Assembly (NCBI GenBank): GCA_047967505.1
Contig: CM106538.1
Reading direction: 5' to 3' (one strand)
Source of the DNA: Dipteris shenzhenensis
Taxonomy: Eukaryota
DNA length: 64,000 nucleotides
Shown: positions 13,576-25,100 of the stretch, piece by piece
How the letters are laid out: every line of letters begins with the position of its first letter
Numbering within the stretch: the first letter of the stretch is position 1
Position numbers and translations under genes: made by a program
Notes under the pieces: model-generated
Seen by the model: only the letters and a program-made list of their open reading frames with translations
Told to the model about the DNA's origin: nothing
The model's database searches: none

Positions 13576-15502
13576 CTATGGCTTGGCATCGTCCACAAGG
13601 AGCTCGCAGGCGCAGGAGGGTTGCCTAGCCTTTACCCTCCACTTCCTTCGCTTTTTGCTCAACTGTTGCTCTCAGAATCCTCTATGCGTCTTCATCAGGT
13701 AGTGGGGAAAATCTAGCTTGCAGCTTTATTGCCAAGACTTGCACGTATGAGGGAAGGGCGGCATCATCCTCTTTACTAGAGTCCTCAGGAGGAGAACTTT
13801 CCTATTGTCTTTCTTCCCACTTTGTTTCATCATTGGCTTCGGGTTCACCACTCATTGCTTCAACACTATCTCCTTCACAGGGAATGGGGATCACCTCATG
13901 CTCGACGGCGCTTGTGGGGGCTACCTCCCATCTCCCCATCCAAGCAACACGCGGTGCACATGCGCACTTCAGTCTACTGAGGGAGCTAAGTGAGAGACAC
14001 ACATCATTAACAGTATCAGGAAAATTCTGTTTCTCTTTATCAATCTTGATAGTTAACTATCAAAGATTAACTTTGATAGCTTAGGGACAAATCACAATTT
14101 TACATAAATATTGTGCCTCACTCTTTTTTAACCATAGTAGTTACAACTACATTGATGTGTGATGTGACCAATGATTATGTTTAATGATGTTTGCAAAATA
14201 GCATAAGGAATTTGTAATTAGAGGATACACTGGTGCACACAATATTGAGAGTAATTCCAACTACTTTCCACCTACTACTAAACTCAAAATGGCAAACTCT
14301 ACTAAAATATGAAAAATCATGAAGCATCACTAAGGCTTGAAAAGGTTATCTGAAAGACCTTAGTTATGAAGGACATAAGAGTATTGGCCATTGTAAATGT
14401 ATACCAGAAAAATGATCCTTTTTAACACACTTGTATGTTCTCTCTTGCTAATTTGATGTCCAGACACTATGAGCATTACAAAATGCAACTTATCATTGCA
14501 CCACTCATAATTGCAAGCACAAAGCATCATTTAAAGATATTGTGTTACTTTGTGAGACCAAAGACATGATGATAAAGAAGTGATACTTATATGTGTCTTC
14601 TTAACTGCAAAATTAAAAAAGGTAGCATTTCTATGTTAAAGATTGATAAATGCTTTGCTTTGTCTTTGTCCAAACCAAGTGGCAATGCAAACGTGGACTT
14701 CTTATATATCATCCCATGTTCCTCTTTTGCCCCCCCCCCCCCTCCATTAGATCCATGAATTCAAATCCCAAGCTTTGTATGTTGAATTTTAGCAGTGTTT
14801 CACTTTTCAATAAAATTAGTTTTAAAAATAAAGCTAGTTGAAATAAGTTTGTGAAACTATATTATATAAATGGAATTAGATTAGGCTTCTTTAATTTTCA
14901 AATATATGGTTATAACAATCTGTAAAAAGGTGTCATTTCAAAATCTAGTTTTGGAATGTAAATATAAAGTTCTTAGGGTACATTGTAGCAATTCTTTGAG
15001 ACGTAGTAGTAATTACTAAGAAGAAATCATTAAACAACTTGATATTAGTCTTTAAGTTGTAGTAGTTTAACATGAATCTATTTTTGAATACATTTCCATG
15101 CTATTTCTTGCAATCATATGTAAATGGTATGCCTTTAATATATCTACACCTTCATTGGTATCATGAGGCTATTTACAAAAGGTTCACTCTTTTGAATTCA
15201 ACTCTAAGGAGACCTTGAGTAATATAAACATTTTGCAAAGAATGCTTATTATTTTACAACATGTTTTTAAAATACCATATATGTATGTTTCCTAATATCC
15301 AAACTAGATCATAAATACTCTACTCAAAATTTTTAGTGAAAAGACCAAATACTTACTAAAATACTTTCTATGATAAATACTATGCTAATAATGAATAGGT
15401 GCTAATGTACTTTTTAAAGATAACTTTCAAGACCAAAGTTTATAAATGGGGTTTTTTCATTACATCAAAAGCAGCTCTACTAAAATCTCAAAGTACTTAT
15501 GG

Positions 15503-17897
15503 TGTTCAAGGATTCAAATACTCAATCTTCAACCCGAAATATTATTCTCACATGAAAAAGGAGCTTCACATAAAATTGTAACTTCATAAAGGATGGCAAC
15601 TAGACACAGACTCAAGATGACTCATAAACTACTTGTTATAGCATACAAGATGAGATAATATGCCACAAAAGGCTCACAGAGATGCACTGCTTGTTGCACC
15701 GTACAAGATGAGATAATGTACCACAAAAAGCTTACAAATATCCACTTGATAATGGTGACACACAATCGACTTTAAATCCTAAAAGGTCATGACACACAAG
15801 CCCTCATCAATAGTAGCAACACTATGCATACTAATAGAAGATAACACTGCAAATATACAACCATGTGGAGAAGAGTCGGTTCTTTCCAACATCATCGACA
15901 ATTGTTTTAGTGACACGAACAACCACAAATGTATAACCATGTGTAGAAGCGTCAGTCCTTTCCAGCATCACCAACAACTGCAAATATATAACCGTGTGGA
16001 GAAGAGTCGGTCCTTTCCAGCATCACTAAAAACTACTAGCAAGCTTCTTTAATTAGTGAGCTACTTGTAAAAGAGTGTCCCATAGCTGTTGCCAAGAGAC
16101 TTAACCTCCACGACTCTCATTAAGCTATACATAAGCCATGAATCGATAAGGAAAAAGAGGACTAGAACCTTCACAAGGCGCCTTTAGTAGACTACATCTA
16201 TGCATGCATGTTGACACGACAAGTGTCATGATTTCTTGACCTAAATGCCCCTCCATGAGGCTTAACAAGGCCAAAGATTGCTAATAGCCCTCCATAAGCT
16301 GAATGGGGGAGACAAACATAGATAAGAAGAATTCCATGTAAAATGATGAAAGCCGAAATTGTCACCATCCACAAAACACGAAACCCTGGCCACAAGTAGA
16401 CATCAGAAGACATAATCATTATCTTTGTCCAAGTCAACAATTGGCATCTCCGTCTTAGCAAGTGCTACCAAATCTTCTTCACATTTCTTGTTTAAGTCCT
16501 TCTGCTTAATGTTAAAAGAACATTTGTAACAAAACTTCTTTTTCTCCCATAGTAATCATGGACTAGATCCCTCTTCCTACCTTCCCCTTTATCCTTGATT
16601 GTATATGTAGGTTCTCCTCTAGGCTCGATCCTTCTTCTTCACTTATCAGCATCGAGAGTACATGATGGAAGATGAGATAATTTGAGTTCATCCTTGGAAT
16701 AGTAGCAAGATCAGAGTATCTAGGTGGAAGATTGGTTAGTAAAATGGATTTTGCGTCACCATCCTATACACATGCTCCCAACACCTGCAGTTGCTTCAAT
16801 AACAATTGCATCCAGTTCAAGTGAGTCCCCAGCAAATCAATGTCCACCATCTGAAGTCCAAACAATTCCTGCTTCAGAACTATATATGAATTTTTGACTT
16901 TGGACCCAAATAAAGTTTCTAGTATATGCCAATTCTGTGCAGCTATTTTGGACACCTCAATTTTTTTGCAGGTTTCCTTTTTGAGCCTTAAAAAACTCCC
17001 CAAAGGCCTTTGTCCATAAGTAATAGCCATACAAACAATTGCCAAGATGGAAATTTCTTTCTCTCAAACTTTACAACCGAAGTTTCTGCCAATCTAGATT
17101 GTGACGTGGAAGCCTTAGACCAACTTTCCGTCATGACTTCACTGAAGGATCACCACCACTTGACTCACAAGCTCATAGAGGGAGGAACCATTCTAATAGC
17201 AATTGTTGTCCAAGCAAGGATTCAAATACTCATTTCTTCAACCCAAAATATTATACTCGCAAGGAATAGAAGGAACTTCACATAAAATGACAACTCCTAT
17301 ACAAGATGGGAGACTAGACACAGACTCAAGACAATTGACAAACTACTACTCAGCACTACCATGCTTGTTGCAGCAGGGTCTAAGCATGGTTAGGTGACAT
17401 GCTTTTTGTGCTTTATAAAAGCACATCGCACATTACTTATAGCACAAATTATGTACCTTAATATATGAATTTTTTTAAATATCAATATTCTTTAATGAAC
17501 TTACAATATTGTAAGAGTCAAAAAGCACATTTTATCTTTGTACTAATTTTTTAAGGTTTGAAATAGGTGTCCTATACCACTAAATGCAGTAAATGTCCTA
17601 GACAGTGCTTTTTGTGTCACCTTCCCATGCTAAGACCCAGCATACAAGATGAGATAACGTGCCACAAAGGCTTACAAAGATTCCCTCAACAATGGCAACA
17701 CACATTCAATCTTAAAGCCTAAAATCTCATGACACACAAGCTCTTAAATAGTTGGTCACAACAGCAATGACACTACGCATAGTGATAGAAGATAACACTA
17801 CAAATATATAACCATGTGAAGAATAGTTGGTTTTTTCTAGCATCATTGACAACTACCAGCAAGCTTCTCCAATCACTGAGTTGCTTGTAAGAGTGTT
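15503..17897 (-). mobile_element. Internally deleted Ty1/copia element (two diverged LTRs, gag remnant only)
   Basis: Direct repeats at about 15503-16080 and 17204-17897 (CAAGGATTCAAATACTCA...CTAGACACAGACTCAAG...GCATACAAGATGAGATAA...). A degenerate Met-type PBS (TTCTAATAGCA versus CTCTGATACCA) sits at about 17191-17201. A UBN2-like gag remnant WHILETLFG...LKQELFGLQM lies at 16764-17045. Confidence 0.75.
17376..17638. mobile_element. 263-bp MITE inserted in the copia LTR
   Basis: TIRs GGGTCTAAGCATGGTTAGGTGACA / TGTCACCTTCCCATGCTAAGACCC. AGCA lies on both sides (17372-75 and 17639-42). The segment is absent from the sister LTR. Confidence 0.85.
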
Positions 17898-18199
17898 TCC
17901 CTCATGATATGTCACCTTATATGACATGGCAAGATGAGGTGGCAAGTGGGGCCTTGCATGGAATGATGTGGCAAGAAGCACCTTGATGACATGTCTTTCA
18001 TGATGTGTTAACATGTATGAGGTGGAAAAATTAGCTAGCAACGTGATGTGGAATGATGTGGCAGGTGACAAATGATGTGTACATTAAGAACTATCACCAC
18101 GTATAATGTGGCAACGACACGTGGTTAATTACGTCTCTTTTTCCTTAGGTGGCTAGATGATGTGGAAAGGGAATGTGGTCACTGTGTAAGGCTATATCA

Positions 18200-19050
18200 G
18201 TGAAATTTGATGCTAGGGATGACATAAAAAATGTAACCATCCCGCTTGAGCATAAAGCCTTTGGCCAATACTCTGCAATAGTGTATGGTGGGGTAGGTGT
18301 CAACATGCTCGCAAAATATCTCTATAAGAATGGGGGCTACCACCAATGAGGAGCACCGCATTTAACATACACCTAGCCGACCACACTAATGGGGGCTACC
18401 ACCAATGAGGAGCACCACATTCAACATACGCCTAGCCGATCACACTAATATGAAGTCACTAGGAATTGTTGACAATGTGCCAAAAAAAATTGCGGGAGTC
18501 AAGTTCACCATACAATTTACCATATTGGATCTTCCCCAAGGATCGACCGTATACTTGAAATTTTTGGAAAGACCATGGCTTCGAGAGGCATTACTACTCC
18601 ATGATTGGGGTACAGACAGGATCACAATCTAGAATAGGGATATGGCTGTGAAAGTAATCTGGGATATGGGGAAATCAAGCCCACTATACCAAGAAATATT
18701 GATGACACATCTTCCACTAGAGCTACCAGTCACTCATCACTTTCAACATTAAATGAACTCAAACCCATAGAAGGTGATAGCCAAAGCGACATCAACAATT
18801 GGATACAAGCATTGACTACAACACATCCAATGTTGCCGGATGTGGATGCACAATGATACAGCTAGAACCACCCATTTGGGATGAAGAATTAGAAGAGGTG
18901 GATGCACCGATCTTCATGGTAGGTATAGAATGGGATAGTGATTATGAAGAGGCCATCATTGAAGAATATGGTGAAGATTTTGATTGGGATATGGAAACGG
19001 AAGCGGATAATGCCACATTCAAAGGTCAAGTATTTGATAATGAATTGGCC
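18200..19050 (+). pseudogene. Ty3/gypsy aspartic-protease (retropepsin-like) fragment
   Basis: AIVYGGVGVNML (decayed DGGSGVN) ... FNIRLADHTNMKSLGIVDNV...FTILDL...ERPWLR...HDW, followed by an acidic linker. Contains a 60-bp tandem duplication at about 18330-18450. Confidence 0.7.
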
Positions 19051-19539
19051 ATCCATCACACACTAATGGTGTATTACTTTCTTGAGCACCTCCTTCACTT
19101 GCTGCTTTTCTTCTTTCTCATCTTGTGCCTGGTTCTCATTCTCTCTTTCAAAACAAAGTGAAATATTCTAAATAAACTTCTTGGACATAGGATTGATACA
19201 ATTATTAAATTCTTGGACATAGTATTGATACACTAATGGTGTATTACTTTCTTAAGTGCCTCCTTCACTTGCCGCTTCTACACAACAAACTCTTCTTTCA
19301 GGTTGCTGCTTGGACATAGGATTGATACAATTATTAAATTCTCCTCAAGGGACATTGAATATAACTAAAGAACATGGAAGACACATTCATATACACCCTT
19401 TAAGTATAAAATCAAACTCATAAACAATGTGTGTACACATTAACTAGAGCCAAAAGGTAGATTGATTTCTTCCAATATTTGTTTTACATTGAAGTTCAAA
19501 GCTCTTAAATACCATGCTCCTGACTAGTTTCTTTAGCAC

Positions 19540-20250
19540 TATCCTTGACTACTAGGGTCCTATCGGAGTGTCCTATCGGAGTTGAGCACCTCTAGTTGTA
19601 CCAGGTGTGAGTAGGAGTGAGGGCCTTTGTTGTGGGTGTGACCGCCCCTACTGAGGAGAGTGTGGGGGGGTTGGATGCATACCTAGGCATGTGTGTCTAC
19701 TAGAGTCTTGTGGTGGATCTAGGCACCTTTAGTGCAGATCTGACTGTTTAGAGGCCATGCCAAGGTCTCGTGCATGAGCCAAGGGATTAGCACTCCAATG
19801 TAGATTAGTCTAGCCCATATTCTTGTTTAGGGCTCTTGTGGGCCCATTTGTTGGCATGATTGTAGCCCCTAGGCTATGCCTAGTTAGGGCTAACATGGGA
19901 GGCATATGTGGGACCCCTTGGATAGTAGATTGGACTTGTCTGGTCAGGTTTCCAAGGCTAAGGACCCAGGCCATAGGTAGAGTGGACCGACCAACTGGTC
20001 GACAACCTTTGGAAGCCTGGTCGGCCCCCTTGGGGCAACTAGTTAGACCACTATAGCAAACCGACTGGAAGAGGGTGAGACTATCTATAGGCCTCCCCTT
20101 CCGTTGTTGTATCATCTCATTGAGGAGAGGTTTTGCCTAAAAACTAGGGGATTTTCCCTGAGATCCCTTGTAGTCTCTCTCCTCTTTTGCAATTCATTTC
20201 TCATTAGGAAAAAAGGGAGCTCATTTTGGGGCCCTGAGAGAAATCCACAA
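19540..20250. mobile_element. LTR-like fragment
   Basis: GC-richer non-coding block with a TATA-like CTATCTATAGG at about 20080. The GGTCAGGTTTCC motif is shared, inverted, with the TPST intron repeat (about 2630-2645). Confidence 0.35.
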
Positions 20251-20585
20251 TTTCTTCTTTTTTTGTGAGTCTGAAATATGGGGAAATAATAAAATACTCA
20301 ATAAAATATTCATAAGTACTGTAAAAATGTCAGAGGATGAAAGAATAAAGATATTCTTCTAAATTCACTCCCATATCTCACGAGATTTAACATTCAATAC
20401 TCCTACAAGCCACGTCTTTCTCTCAATCATTTTCTAGCCATCTCCACGATCGTTAAGCTTCTCCATTAGAACACCGTAACTAATCTCACCATAGGCTTTT
20501 TTTTCAAAGTTTAACGCCATCAAGAGTCTTTGCCTTATGAAAGAGTAATGAAATCGTGAAGCAATGGAAAAACACTGCACTCAAA

Positions 20586-22510
20586 ATGGCAACACCGAAC
20601 TACAACTCTATAGAACAAGACAACAAGAGATGACAACACCATCTTCATATTGATTTAGTTGAAGAGTATGTGCCTCTTCCAAAACGACAACACGTAGGTG
20701 CCATGCAAAGAGAAAACATAAGGAAAGAATGTTTACAACATATCGACTTATGGTGTGATGGGAAGATTTATCCAAAATGTCTAGTCCAAAGTTCTTCACC
20801 GCCATTCTTAAATCCAACAACATTTCTGAAATTTGTGGGCGATGGGACGAAAGGTAGGCATGGATACATCATGGATCAGTCTCAAGTTGCGCACATGTCT
20901 GTCTTTTTATGAGCAAGAGGCAAACATACAAATACAGTAGATAGCCGACAACTCCAAATTGAAAGAGCAGTTACATAATGAAATTGAAGAACATACAAAG
21001 ATGAGGGAGAAGTTACGTAAAGCAAGATCGAAAGTGACCTCTTTGGGAGATAAGGTTACAAGAAGAAAACTTCACAGCCTTGTAGAATTGAAAGCAGGAA
21101 GTGGAGGGTGCAAGCGTCGAGTACAAGTAGCAAGAAGAGATTGTTTAAAGTGTTTGCTATTTTCAATGTGGCTATGATAAATCTTCCTATGTTAACTCTT
21201 ATTTATGCATCTGGCTTATAAGAAAGTTTTGGAGCCCCAAAAGGAAAATGTTGATCGAGAGCTCTTCCCATAAAACAAATGAAAGGTCCATTTTCAATGA
21301 CTATTGCAAAAGGGATGATTGAGGAAAAGAAGTTTAAAACCTTCAAATGCAATGTTGTGCAATAGTTCGTGGTGGAAAGCAATAAAGTTGATGTAAACAG
21401 GCTCTTGACGAGAGTGGATTTAGCAAAAAAGGTTATTCTTCTATTTTCAAAGCAGTGTCATCAACTTTTAAAGATCAAAGGATCAAACGTGTGCTTCTTC
21501 CAAATCCTACAGAAGTTTGGAATTTAAGAGCTTCACTCAACGAACAAGTAGATGATTTTATTGGTCAGTGGTTGCATATTGAGGATGAAGGTAGTAAGGG
21601 GACCGCTGTGTATAATCCTTGGAATAATTATTTTGTTGATCTTGAACAATTACAAAAAATAATGGTTGAATGCTATGGAATCACATTTGAAAAGTGTCAA
21701 GGACAGCTTAGATTTATTGTCATAAAGTTGGATGAATGTGAAATTGTTAAAGAGAAAAAGATTGAAAAAGTGACCATCACACTTATGAATAGGGCATTGA
21801 TACAGTGTACAATAATCAAAGAAGCACATTTGGTGGTTGGGAGCATTTGAGGTAAGCATGAACTTTCATTTGAGGTGCTTCAATAGAGTTTCTTCTTAAT
21901 GGCAGGTAAAGAGAGAGGACACCAAACCTTGTTTTGGGTGTTTCACCATACAAAAATACTAGAAGTCATCAAAAACCAGGTTCAAGGAGGGCAACTTCAT
22001 GTTGAAGGCAAGGGTGATTTCCAAGTTGATTGGCATATGGCAGGGGACCTCAAGACCCTCAAATGTATGTTCAACATAAGCAAAGGAGGTAATTCAAAAT
22101 CTCTATGCCTTTACTGCAAGGAGCCAGCCCATGTCATGGATCCTAAATGGTGGAGAAAAGCTCCTAATAGGGACAAGATTGATCCCAAATTCAAAGCAGT
22201 TTTTGATATTCCTTTGTGCAATGTACATATATGTACATTGCATGCTTTATGTAGAATCATCAAAAAATTATTCTTTTTATATATTGGATTTGCTTGGAAG
22301 CTTCGATCAAAAAAACATAGGAAAAAAGCAATTGCTGCATTAGAAAAAGTATTATCGAACATGGATCTCCATGGAGGAGATGTTCATATCATAATAGACA
22401 TCAAGAAGTCCTCAAATGGAAAGGATGTTCCTATCAAATCATCAATTGGTGGAGTCAAAGCAAGGATATTGTTATCAGAACCACAAAGAGAAGGGAAGCT
22501 TGGTAGATGA
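20586..22510 (+). mobile_element. Decayed RAG1/Transib-like (CMC/Transib clade) DDE transposase, 3'-truncated
   Basis: Motifs in order: DESGFSKKGYSSIFKAV (21407), IVIKLD (D at 21731), HIWWLGAFE | GT-AG intron 21852-21905 | VKRED/HQTL, AGDLKTL (D at 22046), CLYC (22106-22117), ICTLH (H at 22241). These follow the same order as the RAG1 core motifs. Confidence 0.7.
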
Positions 22511-25100
22511 TCAAGATATGTTTCCAGGGTGAGATACGGCCAAACAACCTGTTTGGCAACCATGGTCATCCCTCGCTATCTTTCTTCCATGACTCAATTC
22601 CCCCTTCAATGGGCATCCAGTTTGGCGATTTTGGAAGCACCTTGTATTGCATCATAGGTTTGTCACCTTGCATGAAAAATAGAAATTGCAATGGCTTTGC
22701 ATGACCAACTAGGGTTTCTTTCCCATCACATAGGTACCATCCACATAATCCTTGAAGTTAGGAACACATGTAAGAACAAATGGTACTCGTGAAGATGATG
22801 TACATTTTTTGAATGTCTCCATCAAAATAGGGAAAGTGAATGTTTGTCCCACTCGCAAACTCTCCGAGAACATGCTAAACATTACATCAATGTCCTCATG
22901 GGTGTGCCCTACCATCAAGAAGCCTAATTAAACGGTCTTGAAAATGCCCCTTGCTACAAAAAGAGAAAGGTATACAAACAAGTATCTATTTTTGTTCTCA
23001 GATCCACAATTATCTAGCTGGGGTAGCAAGCTCTCCAGCAACTTTGGATATGGTGGCTCAACAACAACACTTCCATATGCACATTACAACTCACAATGTC
23101 TAGCTCATGGAGAAGAGGCCTGAGAAAATAGATCTCTCTTGTGAATAGGAGCCAACACCACTGCATCTGATCTTTGAGACTTTAAGGGTGGCTTAGAAGG
23201 GAAGTAATCCATATCTATGTGTCTCCATACCAATGGAATAACAGGTTCCACACCTATCTTTGCATCATGAAAGAGATCTCCAACCCCAACTTGGTTGGAC
23301 ACTATTTTAAAGACCAATGCATGAGCTGTGAATAATGTGTCTCTAGATAAATAATGCCCATGGTGTGTCTCTGGATGGATAATGCCCATGGCATAACCTA
23401 TGCCTAGACTCTCAGTGGAGAAACCTAGCTAGAAAGTAGCAAAGTTACCATGGTTGAGCCACATGTTGACTCCCTAGGGGCTGATCCACTCCTCCATCAT
23501 GCAATAGACATGTTCCTTCATTATTATACAATCAAATAGAGAGGGGGTCTATGTTCCTTCCCTATAGAGGAAAAGTTGAACCCCTACAAATGGCAAGTAT
23601 AAGAGCTGACCAATCTAATTAATCCCCCTTTGCAGGGTTGCAAAATCATAACCATCATCTCCAAGGTGAGAGGGTACTCATAGCTTATATCTAGGTAGGT
23701 AGACTTTGGGTCACCATTTGATACAATCTCTAGATTTAGACTTGTGATCATAGCATCTACAATTTCACACAAGCTAGGTCACCTTGTGACAATATGTGCA
23801 CGTTTAGAACTGTAATTGGATTCCAAAGCATTTCTTGAGCATAAAGCATTCAAAAGGCGAACACTGCTTCTTGGAATCTCATTAGTAGGAAGGTCTCTGA
23901 GGTCATGCAGATCCATCCTCTCAAGGTTGTGCAAAAAATACAATTGTCAAGTTGGGGTCAGACGGCCATAAACCATTGAGGGTGAAGTGTTCACAATGAC
24001 TGTGTCCATGCCCATGTGTAATCATTCCAATGAGTGAAACTTGTAATTGCCATCTGGAGTCAATGTCCTTGGACCTCACCCAAAGTCTTGGAATCACCAT
24101 CTTTTTTTGGTCAATTTTATCATGGATTATGCATACATATTTTTGTGGATCCATCTTGGAGTATCCACACCATGCATAGTACGGGTTCAATACAACTTTG
24201 TTGTTGTATCATAAGCATATTTCTCTCCTCTATCAGTGAATTGTGCTCATCTTGAATTTTTGTGGTTGCTAACTGAGCCTTAATCTCGCTGTAGAAGATA
24301 CATTTTGAGAATTCACTTGTCTTAGCAAGGGCTACATTTTTTAAGTCTAATTTCCAAATCTTGCCAAATGTGGATGTGGATAGGCTCTCATAACCATGTT
24401 GATTAAGCGAAGTGTTGAACTCACGCAGGATGTCTATCTTCTTATATACTTTTGGTATCACACTTGTTGTGTCTCTCTAGAACCATCTAGCATGGTTCTA
24501 CTCTTGTGATGCATATGCTCTGTGCTATTATCCACAAAGACTTAGTGTTGAATGAGAGCCCTACCCAGACCTGTGTGATCTCTGCTCCTCCTCACAATCC
24601 CTATATTCCCATGCACATATCATTGCACACCACTCTCAAATTGCTCCCAATATTGATAAAACAATGTCCTTGGTATTCCATGCATCTCATACCATGCTCT
24701 GAAACACACATCCTATCCATTTACCTTGAAGTTGTAGTGTGTCCTCCCAGTGCAATCACAATGCCAAGGCATTGACAACACATCATATATAAAGTTTATT
24801 CAAGACTCCAAGGAGCTGCCCCAAAAATTCTAGTGTGGCCTTACCAACTTGCAGCTTCTCTATGACCCATGACTCACATGATCCTTCAAGCTCTGACAAA
24901 AAATTGAAGCAATTTTGAACTAGCTTGCAAGGGTGTCCCATGTTTGATGTCTGGGCAAAGGGTGGCATAAGTTGAACTCCTTGATGAGTGCTTCTCTTAG
25001 TGTTTTTTAATGCTTATCTCCATCGCCTGTTGAGAGATTTCAATGGAGTCTTTGTCCTTACTTGACTTTACCAAGACAATTTGTTCAAACTCAATCTATG
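22510..25100 (-). mobile_element. Decayed DUF7869-type (Sola-like) DDE transposase
   Basis: LSTSTFGKIWK...KTSEFSKC, CIIHDKIDQKK..IPRL, LIGMITHGHG, WPSDPNLT, QLDNCGSENKNRY, FLMVGHTHEDIDVMFS. Multiple frameshifts, and an unrelated insert at about 23020-23790. Confidence 0.8.

Larger units (their letters stand above)
8414..14029 (-). mobile_element. Full-length, degenerate L1-clade LINE (about 5.6 kb)
   Basis: Poly(T) at 8412-8423 is the minus-strand poly(A) tail. The TSD TTTCTCTTTATCAATCTT occurs at 8396-8413 and 14030-14047. ORF1 carries a CCHC knuckle and ORF2 carries EN, RT and zf-RVT, with many stops and frameshifts. Confidence 0.93.
6620..14400. repeat. Three diverged copies of a 630-880-bp tandem repeat; the third is split by the LINE
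   Basis: Unit start CATGTGGAGA(G)..GCTCAAGTC at about 6620, 7497 and 8128. Shared internal blocks (ACATTTTCTCTTT.., GCAACTACA, AAACTCTACTAAA, TTATGAAGGAC) continue at 14030-14400 after the LINE. Confidence 0.85.

Noticed and set aside
20250-20590. RSS-like heptamer/nonamer TIR upstream of the RAG1-like ORF
   Set aside because: No convincing CACAGTG/CACAATG terminus was seen, so the element's ends cannot be defined from this window.
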